From: Bispira polyomma
Taxonomy: Eukaryota
Assembly: GCA_965649765.1 (NCBI GenBank)
Contig: OZ287752.1
Coordinates: forward strand, 46,934,001-46,998,000
Length of the DNA stretch: 64,000 bases
Reading direction: 5' to 3'
In this document: positions 23,701 to 34,429 of the stretch, piece after piece
How the letters are laid out: each line of letters opens with the position of its first letter
Position numbering within the stretch: position 1 is the first letter of the stretch
Notes under the pieces: generated by a model
The model's database searches: none
What the model was told of the DNA's origin: nothing
The model's input: only the letters and a program-made list of their open reading frames with translations
Position numbers and translations under genes: made by a program

Positions 23701-26700
23701 AGACATTGGAAGAGACGGGGAGAATTAATAAGTTTTGATATATATTCAGTTGTTTCGTGGAAATCGTTTCTCGTATATAGGGCATGATACAATATTATCT
23801 TTTACAAGTCCACAGATCAAAAGCACAGGAAGTTGCATAACATCGTTAACATTGCTATTTATATAGAAACCTGCAACATAAATGTCTGGCGGAGTGTAAT
23901 ATTATAACATGAAACATTCTTCAGTGCTTCACTGGCTCTTTAGAATAGACGCTATTGTTCTCGTCAATGTTGAAAAGAGTACTTCACCTCTTTAAGAGCA
24001 TTGAGAGTCAGGTGCCATATTTGACATCTACCACATAGTTGTTTTCAGTGTTACAACTGATACAGCTAAACCATTAAGGTGATACAGCTAAACCAGCAAG
24101 GTACTACAACTAAACTACCAAAGTAATACATCTAAAACCACCAAAGTAATACAGCTAAACCAGCAAGGTAATACAGCTAAACCGGCCAAGGTAATACAGC
24201 TAAACCACCAAAGTAATACAGCTAAACCACCAAAGTAATACAGCTAAACCAGCAAGGTAATACAGCTAAACCAGCGAGGTAATACAGCTAAACCACCCAG
24301 GAAATACAGCTAAACCAGCATGTTAATACAGCTAAACCACCAAAGTAATACAGCTAAACCAGCAAGGTAATACAGCTAAACCAGCCAAGGTAATACAGCT
24401 AAACCAGCAAGGTAATACAACTAAACCAGCCAAGGTAATACAGCTAAACCAGCAAGGTAATACAACTAAACAAACAAGCTAGGTAATACAGCTAAACCAG
24501 CAAGGTAATACACCTAAACCACCAGAGTAATTCAACTAAACCACCAAGTTAATACAGCTAAACTACCCAAGTAATACACCTAAACCACCGAAGTAATAGA
24601 GCTAAACCAGCAAGGTAATACAGCTAAACCAGCAAGGTGATACAGCTTAACCAGCAAGGTGATACAGCTAAACCACCAAGGTAATATAGCCAAAACCAGC
24701 ATGGCGGAAGAGCTACACCAGCAATGTAATACAACTAAACCAGTAAGGTAATACAACTAAACCACCCAGGTAATACAACTAAACCAGCAAGGTAATACAG
24801 CTAAACAAGCAAGTAATACAACTAAACCAGCAAGTTAATACAACTAAACCAGCAAGTTAATACAGCTAAACCATGAAGGTAATACAGCTAAACCACCAAG
24901 GTAATACAGCTAAACCAGCAAGGTAATACAACTAAACCAGCCAGGTAATATAGCTAAACCAGCCAAGGTAATACAGCTGAACCAATCTGTTTCCACACTG
25001 CATTAGAATGTCAAGTTACACAGGACTTTCAGCACACCTCCTGAAAAGTGTTGAATTTGTGAGAGGCCTGATCTTTGTTTATGTATAAAAGGACATTTAT
25101 CAGGCTCACTGTTGATGGAAACGTATAAATCACTGATTGCACATAAACAGGAACATCCTTTCACAAAATATCAACAAGCTCTGTGCAATTGACTTGTGGG
25201 TAAACAGGAAAGCAACCAAAACCACCACTGCACATTGCATGGATCCAATGTTCCAAAATATTTTTCACTGTTAAATATTATTCCAGGTATAAAATGTTAC
25301 AAAGATCAGCCATATATATTTTAAAACTTTATATATTGACTATATAATTATTATATAATCATTCATTTGTATAGTGTTACTGTATATTATTTTAGCATAA
25401 TTCACTTCACATTCTAGCCGCAAAGTATTTAAACCTAAATATTAGCCTATTGTTTTAATCAGATTTTACCTCTTCAAGCTTTGAACTAAGAAATGATTGC
25501 TGTGCACCGACTGATAATATTCACAAGATGCCAGTTTTACCAGGTTTAATTCACTTGATGATAATTTGAAGATCCAATTAACTTCACAAAGTCAGAAAGT
25601 TGACCTCATTAAATGATTATCAACACACTTGAGTAAAACAATGTTTTATTTTGCAAAATTAGTGAATATACTATTTGAGACACAATTCATGAAAGAAAGT
25701 AAATGAGTTTGATGTTCAGCACTTACCATATCATTCCAAATATAGTTTGTCATAATAAGCACCCCAAAAGCAATGAGTAAACACCCAATGACCTAAAATA
25801 ATAACAAAAAAGTTTAAATTAAAACAATGTTATTTGTGTTTTGGTGCATTCATTGTTGTTCCAATTCATTTGGAGAAAAACAAGGTCGTTTCAATTCTAA
25901 TTATATTGTCATCTACAAATACCAATTACAAGGAAGGTTTTAGTATTATTTGGGCATTCATTAGGTCGTTGTGGTGTAGTTTGGTGGTATGGGGTATACC
26001 AACTTACAATCAGTTAAAAGTTTAGAACTTGACAGTGGTGTGTCTTAACAGTATCGACTACTCCAACCTAGAAAGGAGCTTCTCACAACAGACACAGAAA
26101 GACATTCAGTGACTTTTGTTTACACCAGGACTCGTGACTCTTGTTTACACAACAATTATGCTGATCAACAGTGATCTCTCAGAACCGATTGTCCCAGTAA
26201 CAAATATATGGAATCTGAGGAAGTACATAAGATACCATTACCACAAATATATATCAAGTGGGTAACGGAAGTGAGCTGTGGTGTTAAGGGGCAATTATAC
26301 ACGTCTGTGGCAACCACAAATGTAACAAAAACTACAAATGTAGCTATAACCACAAATGTAACAATTTCCAACCACATATGTAGCTATAACCACAAATGTA
26401 GCAATGTCTGACAACAAATGTCGTAATCTTAAAAAAAGTTGTAGCCACAAATCTAACAAATTGAGAAACCGCAAACGTAATAACCACAAATGTAGTAAAT
26501 CCAAAAACCGCAAATGTAACAAATAGATTGACCAAGACTATAACTATTGTTTGGCCTTGAGACATTGTAAAATACATATTCATTTGTTTAATGGATCATT
26601 TAAACATTGGATCATAATTACAAACTTCCTCTAATTTTCCAAAAAAAATCATCTTTGACAAAATAATTAATTTTGTTTTATGGTCTTATTTTGTAAAACC

Positions 26701-29386
26701 TTAACTATAACTTTAAAAAGTGTGCGTTACTGTCATATATGCGTATTACTATCATGTTATACTATCAAAAAATATTCAGTTCTATTCTTATAAACATCCA
26801 AAGATATGCTGTGATACAAAGTTTTGTTAATGCATAATTTCCTCCACTTTATTCTCTCCCAAATTGATGAAATGTGGCTAATATAAAATATCAACAATAT
26901 TTTGGTAAATAAAACTCGATTTTTGCACCTTTCTAAATAGGATTTTAAAGCTAATTGTATCCACCAGAAAAATCCGGTCGATACATTGGATTACACTTTG
27001 TTGCGCCACCGCGTTAGTGTGTGTAGAGATTTCACCATTACCGCCCTCCTGAGAAAACTTTTACAGCTAGGCTCTTGAAATTTACAGAAAATGTTCTTTA
27101 TTACAAAAGCTTACATAGGAGTAAATTTTAAAAAATAAGATGGCTGCCACAATGTTTTCTTAAAAATAAACAGGCTTTTAACTGTGTCTGTTTCTCAGCT
27201 GTAGAAGGTTGAATCTCTTTATGGGTGATATGTGTAACGGATATATATCTATCTGCTGTAAGCATGCTGACATTTGACTTTAAATCTCCTCATTCCAGGT
27301 CATCAACAGAGTGCCAAAGTACCCCAAGTGACCGATTTGGGCCAAACTTTAAAATACCTATATCTCGCATAATATTGGTCCTAGAGGTTTGGGATCTGGG
27401 GCCGTATTCACTTAAGTTCTTAAACTTAGAATCATTTTTATACTTAAAATTATTCTTAAAAATTTTCTTATACTTATAATTTTTTCTTATTGTTATACAA
27501 AGAATGAGCTTTGATTCTAAAAATGGTCAAGACCTAACTTAAATTAAAAAAAAAAGATTATGTATTTCTATGCATAATTCTTAACTTAAAAAATTTCTGT
27601 AGGCAAAAGTGGACTCTAGTTCATTAATTGTCCTACAAATTTGAAAATTTATAATGTAGTTATGGGAAATCAAGGGATAGGACCATCAAAAAACCAAGCC
27701 AACTTTAACTACAACCCTGCTCTACATGTGATATCCATATCTAATTTGTCACATAAATAACTTAAACACATTAAAAAAGAGAAAGGCTGTGCATGGGCAT
27801 CTGTTAATGGGTTGGCGGACCAAACTGATTTGCTTTATGTGTAAACATAACATGATTATATGCAAATCAATCATTTTATTTTTTCGAAAATTTGCGTTTT
27901 TTGGCTATACATGTAGTACATTTGTGGTTATTACGTTAATGTTTTCTCACTTTGTTACATTTGTGGTAATAACTTTTTTGGAGATTACTACATTTGTTGT
28001 TGCATATTGTGACATTTGTGGTTATAGCTACATTTTAGTATTTGTTACATTTGTGGTTTTTGGATTTACTACATTTGTGGTTATTATGTTTCTGGTTTCT
28101 CTGGTTTTAGTGGCTATAGCTTTTTGGGAGATTACTACATTTGTTGTCGAACATTGCTACATTTGTGGTTATAGCTACATATGTGGTTGAAAATTGTTAC
28201 ATTTGTGGTTATAGCTACATTTGTTGTCGGACATTGCTACATTTGTGGTTATAGCTACATATGTGGTTGGAAATTGTTACATTTGTGGTTGTAGCTACAT
28301 TTGTAGTTTTTGTTATATTTAAGGTTGTTACAAACGTCCGATTTTGCTTTCGAATTCGTCCTCCGAAACAATTAAAATCTTAATAGGATACACCTGGCCA
28401 ACGTCACCTCCAAATCAGGAATGTTAAAAATCGGTCCAAGACCAATTTTTCTGGATATCGGACGTTGAAGTAATTTCTTTGTTTTTGTGATTTAAATTTT
28501 TTTTTAAAGTTGAACAATACACTAGTAGTAAAAAATCAATACTGCACATTAGGACATCGGATGACTGAAACGAATTACAAATTTGGATGCAAAATCGGCC
28601 ATGTATTTTCTCCCTTAAGATTACCATATGATATTAAGACCATATCAACTTATTAAACTCAAAACCCGACACTGAAGTCATATATAATATTGTTTAGCAC
28701 TGTAAATACATTGGAGCATAAAATGTGAATCTCAAATGTAACTTTGGTTATATCATATTTGGATTGATTCTTCAGTTGTTGTTGTGTCTTAGAAATTGGT
28801 GATGTAGTAACATTTTATCAAAACCAGGCGCCGTATTCACAAAGGCTCTTAGTCTTAAAGTTAACATATACATCTAACATAATGAACACTGCCTACTGTT
28901 GGTGTTAGTATTAAAGTTAACATATACATCTAACATATTGAACACTGCCTACTGTTGGTGTTAGTATTAAGAGCAAACTTAACACTTACCAAAAATCTTT
29001 TCTTACTGTCACAGGGACTAAGGCCAAATCAAGGTTTGAAATCTTAAACTTTAGACTAATTAAAAAATAAAACATTTTGTGAAAACGGTCCTTGAGGAAT
29101 TCCTGGATGTTATATTCAACATTTATAGTATTCAGGGTTTCTTTTGTCTTTTTCCAAAGTGTGTATTAACTCGACCTGAGCCGTATTGAATGCATACATA
29201 CCCCACTAAGTGTGTATTAACTAGACTTGATCCGTATTTAATGCATAATACCCCATAAAGTGTGTATTAACTAGACTTGAGCCGTATTTAACACATACAT
29301 ACCCCAAAAATGGCGTCAGATACAGCCACAAAAACAATCAAGTACTTTTTCTTTGCTTTGTCTTTCTCAGTCCCCTGCTCGGCCAT
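11713..29386 (-). CDS. Tetraspanin paralog A (~356 aa, 10 coding exons)
   Basis: Exons 29386-29303 (MAEQGTEK..AIFG), 25792-25727 (VIGCLLIAFG..), 23147-23039, 22722-22607, 21664-21596, 21062-20955 (..SVAWNFIMLE), 19616-19488 (LECCG..TPLACCK), 12401-12306, 12127-12038 (GCWEAV..), 11916-11713. All GT-AG, phases compatible, 1071 nt. Four hydrophobic segments and a CCG / PxxCC / C / GC large loop. Confidence 0.9.
12457..12825. repeat. 44-bp satellite, left arm (~8 copies)
   Basis: Unit aggtagtacaatataacagtgttttacctgtcagacatatcaca. Interrupted by the Gypsy element. Confidence 0.95.
12826..17743 (+). mobile_element. Degenerate Ty3/Gypsy LTR retrotransposon
   Basis: LTR copies at ~12826-12930 and ~17354-17743. 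ACAAG target-site duplication at 12821-12825 and 17744-17748. Polypurine tract ggggga(g)a before the 3' LTR. Gag (KLDPPAIT..WSAFKRQW), RT (DAWNGYH, FITPWGRYRY, KCVDD, GITLNPKKFQF), RNase H (LATDWSVDGIGF, ESRYARIEGEALA) and integrase (LHAAYPG, IVDRYSNW, TSDGGPQF) in RT-RH-IN order. Many frameshifts. Confidence 0.95.
13691..13949 (-). mobile_element. tRNA-derived SINE inserted in the Gypsy protease region
   Basis: Perfect 16-bp TSD ctgatgtgttatgtat at 13675-13690 and 13950-13965. Minus strand starts GGGGGCCGCAGTGGCCTAGTGG (A box), contains GAGTTCGAATCC (B box) and ends in a (CAAATT)n-like tail. Confidence 0.92.
17744..19490. repeat. 44-bp satellite, right arm (~39-40 copies)
   Basis: Same unit as 12457-12825. 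The last degenerate unit overlaps the donor site of the tetraspanin A CCG exon. Confidence 0.95.
20250..20640 (+). mobile_element. L2-like LINE 3' fragment
   Basis: FKIDITTFKA..QPSYL, GSRVFSIAAPL and GFRKKLKTYMFNLAYPP*, typical of L2 ORF2 C-termini. Confidence 0.7.
23222..23900 (-). mobile_element. Possible decayed LINE endonuclease-region fragment
   Basis: Weak motifs LLVPNGL, STLDSYSVS, TSHNHL. Heavily disrupted. Confidence 0.3.
24050..24985. repeat. Tandem repeat, ~22-bp unit, ~42 copies
   Basis: Unit gtaatacagctaaaccagcaag with variants. Confidence 0.95.
26298..28338. mobile_element. Foldback-type element with long modular inverted arms
   Basis: 26298-26522 (accacaaatgta.. modules) is the reverse complement of the outer part of ~27905-28338 (tacatttgtggt.. 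modules). ~1.4 kb non-coding middle. Confidence 0.8.
28826..29090. mobile_element. MITE with internal ~58-bp tandem duplication
   Basis: Ends gccgtattcacaaa / tttgtgaaaacggtc. A related end (ggggccgtattcac) lies at 27397. Duplicated aaagttaacatatacatctaacat..gttagtatt. Confidence 0.65.
29157..29306. repeat. Tandem repeat, ~50-bp unit, 3 copies, containing the tetraspanin A exon-1 donor
   Basis: Unit aagtgtgtattaactagacttgagccgtatttaatgcatacatacccca. Minus strand TGGG|gtatgt is the real donor at 29302. Confidence 0.9.
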
Positions 29387-29859
29387 GTTACAATGTTTTA
29401 AATAAAATACTATTCACCAACAATTTTAATCCTTACACTCCTCTCTGATCAAGAACTTTTATGTGAACACATATGCTTATTAGAAACTCTGAGATTTTAC
29501 ACCGTCGGATATCTCTAATTGACACTGATTTATTGAGAAGTTTCGCAATGCCAGTGAACTATTGAGGTTTTCCACAATGATATTTCTGGTAAAAGACATT
29601 TGTACAATGGAAATACAAGGATTTTAAGAGTAAGTAAATATTAGCTCTCCTTATATTGAAGGCATTACACTGACGTCAGCAGACCTCTTTTATACCAATA
29701 ATGGTGTTTCTATTTAGCTCTGAATCTGTTATTATTCCTTGGTATTATCACACTATCAATCAAGTTGTCCTTACGGCAGTGAGGCCTCTTTGCTTTAGTA
29801 TTGGACGCTAATGTATGGCGCTTTGTGTTAGACTTATGCACCAAGTTGACAGTAAAAAT

Positions 29860-30110
29860 CTAAAGCATCTATAGTAACCTCAATTAAATTCCTCACTTGA
29901 ACTTATGGTTACCTTATAGTAAAATACTTAACTTAATCTATGGTGACCTTATGCCCTCTTTACCTAAACGTAAACTGTACATGGAAATATTAGAAGTTTT
30001 ACTAAACTAGTCACTAATAAACTATTTTACCGGAATCTTTTACTGCGAATATATTAGAAATATCAAAGTATATGGACTTGTCACCGAGGAACTGAGTGTC
30101 TTAAGGGGGC
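29860..30110. repeat. Dispersed repeat, inverted homolog of ~62550-62840
   Basis: ggtgaccttatgccctctt..aaactgtacat and actaataaa..ccg.aatcttt match the reverse complement of 62600-62710. Confidence 0.55.
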
Positions 30111-31164
30111 TTCCTGTATAAGTGTCTATTTCAACCGTGCTGCAAAATGGACCACAACAAATAACTCATCTTTTCAGGGACTTTGATATCAGAAGTATAG
30201 GCTTTTTCCAGACAACCGCGCAGTGTAAATTCAAAAGGTAATTTACACATCGGGCTCTGTTTTTGTTTTAAATACCAATATTACATATCTCTCTCTAATT
30301 TTTTCTAGCATACAGAGCGGGTCTCTAATTTTTTCTAGCATACAGAGTGGGTTTGTTTTATGCTTGATAACTCTACAGAAGTGCCTGGATCTTTTGTTCA
30401 AAGCTATTATTTTTTCCCCATTAATATATTTATTTTTAGCGCATAATTTTTTTTAAAAAATTTGATATAATCCAAAAAAATCAATTACAATTACAAATCA
30501 ACATGACAAAGACATTTTACCATAAAGTAAAAACAAAACGACGCAAAAAAGACAAGTAAAATGTACAAAATGGTACAAAGACAAAAAAAAAACAAAAAAC
30601 CATTCTACATCTTCATAGATTCTACTATTTCAAACATTTTAACATATCTCAACCGAAAATCAATTTATGTGTTTATGAGCTTATTGTAGGCGTTGCCAAT
30701 ATTTATTTAAAAAAATTTGAAGCATCTTTGTTTCGGGCATTGAACATATGTCTATAAATTGGACTTAACAAGATATAAGTATTGTGGAAATACAATATCC
30801 CTTTTCTCAGTTTTTTTCTTATTTAAAAACCATTTACCAATCAGAATAAGATGTTGATTATTTTTCAATATTTTTTGAATATTATGTAAATACATAGTTT
30901 TATACTTATGTTATTGATAAAATATTTTGCACCGGCAATCCATCATGACACTTTAGACATCAGTTACCCAGTTATTTACCCTTTTCCCATAAAATTTCTT
31001 TGTAAGCCTCTAATAGGTCACATCAATCAATGTATTCTATAACTTATAGCCCATGTTTTTCACAAATTTTGAGCACAAAATTTACCTAAAGCCTAACAAG
31101 CAATAAGTTTATCTAAAGCCAGACTAGCAGAGTCTGACAATACCTGTTCATGCTTGGAGCATGT

Positions 31165-33030
31165 TAAAAATTCATTGTGCCACACCCCAATACAAACGGT
31201 GATATAATAGAAAAAGATTAACTAATTTATCTATTTATTACAGTGACATGCACTTCATTAATACATTAATATTATACTACAATTTTCTTAACATTACACT
31301 TTCACTATTTTGCACTATACTATCAAATTTAACTTTTTAATTTTACAAATAAATTTCACATAAATTTTACACATTTTATACATTTTCGTTTATTTTTTTT
31401 TTTTTGCACTAGGTTACCAAATTTAACTTTTTATTTTCACAAGAGATTTACATTACAACATATACCAAAACAATTTAGTTACTGTTCAATTTTGTTTACC
31501 ATTTATATATTGCTATTTTTGGAGAAAATTTTGCCGTATATTCCAAGATGTATAAAGGTAATTGGCTTGAACCTTGTCAAAGTGTTTTACAATAGTTTCA
31601 AACTTTTCAGTTTCAGGGATAGTTAAAAAAGAAGGAACACTTTCCTGTATTAACATTATATAGAATATCTCTTGATGTGCTATAGGCAGGGCAGTTACAA
31701 AGAAAATGTATTTCATTCTCAATTACATTACTGTTACAAACAAGACATAATCGTTCTTCAGAGAGTAGCTTTCGAAACTTTCCAGTATTTACATCTTTAG
31801 TCAAATTGTATCTCCCTATTTCTATTCTTAAAGGTAGAACACCCGTACGAAATTGAACAAGGCGAGATCTCATATGTTTTAACGGTATTTTTAAATACTT
31901 TTCTGGTTCCAATTTACCTTTAAATGTCCGATACAATCTAACTTGGGGTTTAGAGTCTTAGATTTCAATTCTTCCTCAAATACATTTTTAAGTTTAAGTT
32001 TGACATCATTCATGTTGACCAAGACTTTGGACGTTTTTGCTTGTGACATATTTAGAACATTAAATAAATTTTTCATATTCGCTGACCACTTTGATTTACA
32101 TTTATTGTTATCCCAGAGAAAGATATTTTTAACAACCTGTCTTCATGTGTTTTTATAAGTCTATTCCAAAGTCTAAACATGGACACATATCGTCTATACC
32201 TACTTGGATACCACCCCATTTTCCCATTTATTGCAACATGAGACGTGAATTTATGTACACCCAAAAAATGCCTTATTGCCTTATTTTGAACGTCATCATA
32301 TTCTTTTGTTGTTTTATGACCCCAAACAGCAAATATTGAGCATATGTGGGAATCAAATACAGATGTATAGGTTTTATACCTTACATCCTTTAACGTTTTT
32401 AGTTTAGATAGTAATGCACCCAGTGCCCTACTTCCAGCATCTGATCATGCATTAATGCAGTGTTTAAAGGTTAAATGCTCATCAAAGCATACTCCTAGGT
32501 ATTTGTACTCCTTAACATATGTCAGACATATATTGCCATAATAAAATTGAAAATCTGACTTTTTCTTCCTTGGTTTCCTAAAATGGACAACATTAGATTT
32601 ATCAATATTAATATTTAAATTCCATTGACAACATCAATCATATGTAATATTTAGTAAAGTTTGTAAATCTTTCTCATCTTCAGCAAGTAAAACTAAATCG
32701 TCTGCATATAACAGAATGCATACTTTATAACCATTTACATCTATGCCAATGTTAGTTTCCTTTAATAACTTAGCAAGGTCATTTATATAAATAGCAAACA
32801 AAGTAGGTGAAAGGGTATCTCCTTGTTTTACCCCAGAAGATACAGGAAACCAATCTGTCATTAGATTATTTATTCTTACACTAGATAATGTATTATTATA
32901 GAGTGACATAATTGCATTATAGATTTTTCCATTAATTCCATAACAAAGTATCTTGTACATAAGTAAATTTCTATTAACCTAATAAAAAGCCTTTTCCAAA
33001 TCAATAAAAGATGCAAATATTAGCTTTGAT
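31165..33030 (-). mobile_element. 5'-truncated non-LTR retrotransposon (CR1/L2/RTE-X-like) with RT and C-terminal CCHC motif
   Basis: FIDLEKAF, GVKQGDTLSPTLFAIYINDL, ILLYADDLVL, YKYLGV, LRIEIGRY..EERLCLVCN..IENEIHFLCNC. Frameshifted. The 3' tail at 31165-31230 recurs at 33065-33128. Confidence 0.9.
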
Positions 33031-33421
33031 GATAAAAATATAAGTAAAAAAAGCAAGGAATTTCAAAAAATCATTGTGCCACACCCCCGATACAAATGGT
33101 GATAACAATAGAAACTGATTAACTAATATAAGTAACAAAAATATTATGCAAGGAAATGTTGTCTTTATGCAAGAAAATGTTGACTTTACTATGTAGAAGT
33201 AGTTATATTTTGTATCTAGGAGTTATATAAATGTTAAGAAAATGAAATCAAGTTTTAAAAAAATATCAGTCACATATTTGAATAACCGTGTGAATAAAGT
33301 TAAAATGTCGTAAATTTACTTGCCCTTTTCGTGAATTGAGTAGAGAATTTGTTGCCTATTTCTCAACCTTATGTGATTTATTATAGTATGACGTTGGTCA
33401 TCTATGTTGAGCACCTTTATA

Positions 33422-33956
33422 TGGTGCAGTTCCACTATCAAAACTATAATCAGGGAGAGACCTGATCATATGATCCTGGCCATTCCTTGGTACTTCCCCA
33501 TGATTTTTTAACAAAAAGGCAGGAAAATTTGCATATTAAGATTGAAAAGATAAGTCTGGAGGGCCCAAAATATAAATCTTTGGAAGAAAAAGCTAAGTCC
33601 TAACTGAAAAAGATAGGTCTTAAACCAACCACGATCTCACAAAGATAAGTTGGCCAGCCTTGCTGTTTGAGGTGAAATTTTAATCAAAAGATAAGTTGTA
33701 ACAAAGATAAGTTTTAACTGAAAAAGATAAGTCATTACAAGGAAAATATAACTCTGGAGGGGGCCGACTGATCGGCCAATACACACTCACTCGCAGATGT
33801 TATCTAACATGTTTAAAAACCTTAGCGGCCTCCCTGATTGGAAAAGTTAAGTCTTTTTATTAAAAGATAAGTCGTTGGTGGGGCAAATCCATAATGGCCC
33901 CCAAAGCTATAATTTTTAAGGTCAGGGGGCATGATCGGCATAGTGGAACAGGGGTA
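33422..33956 (-). mobile_element. Non-autonomous PIF/Harbinger derivative (MITE)
   Basis: Right end catagtggaacaggggta|tta is the reverse complement of the Harbinger left TIR at 44865. Left end gcagttccactatc. At least 7 aaagata(a/g)gt motifs inside. Confidence 0.85.
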
Positions 33957-34429
33957 TTACATAATTTTACCAACTTTAGTTGTATGTATAGTATGTAAAA
34001 GAACTAAAAAAATTTAATTTCAGTTTTCATCTTTTTACTGACTACTGGGGGTAGGTGATCTGAGCCTTTTTGTGAATACCACCACTTGTACTTGTCTCAA
34101 CAAGAGAATAAGGAGCATAGTTTTGTGTAGTGCTTACTGTTACCGCCACCCTATTAAAAGTCAGCTGAATAAAAATAGGTTTTGTAGCAATATTTGCAGC
34201 TTTATTAACAGACAAGTCTGAGTGAAATACTATCTCCATGGTTCTTCTTTCACAATGGATTGTCCAATACACCCAAGTACTAACACCACAAAATTGTGCT
34301 ATGATCATAAACCAAATAAAAGATCATAGCAGAGGTCATTGTTCAATTAAGAATGGATAGTAAAGTACTCTGTTCTGTGAGGACTTTTGTCCAAAGAGTT
34401 GGGTCTAAATGCTTGTAGGCAGATCATGC

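Noticed and set aside
24050-24985. 22-bp array derived from tetraspanin B exon 5 (shared ggtaatacagcta)
   Set aside because: Only a 13-nt match, on the opposite strand and 17 kb away. The array touches no exon, so it is a counter-example to the junction-seeding pattern.
26165-28190. Hydrophobic TFVV-rich ORFs
   Set aside because: Translations of foldback repeat modules.
30400-30900. L1-like 3' fragment on the minus strand
   Set aside because: Only a faint motif (ILIGKWFL), too weak to call.
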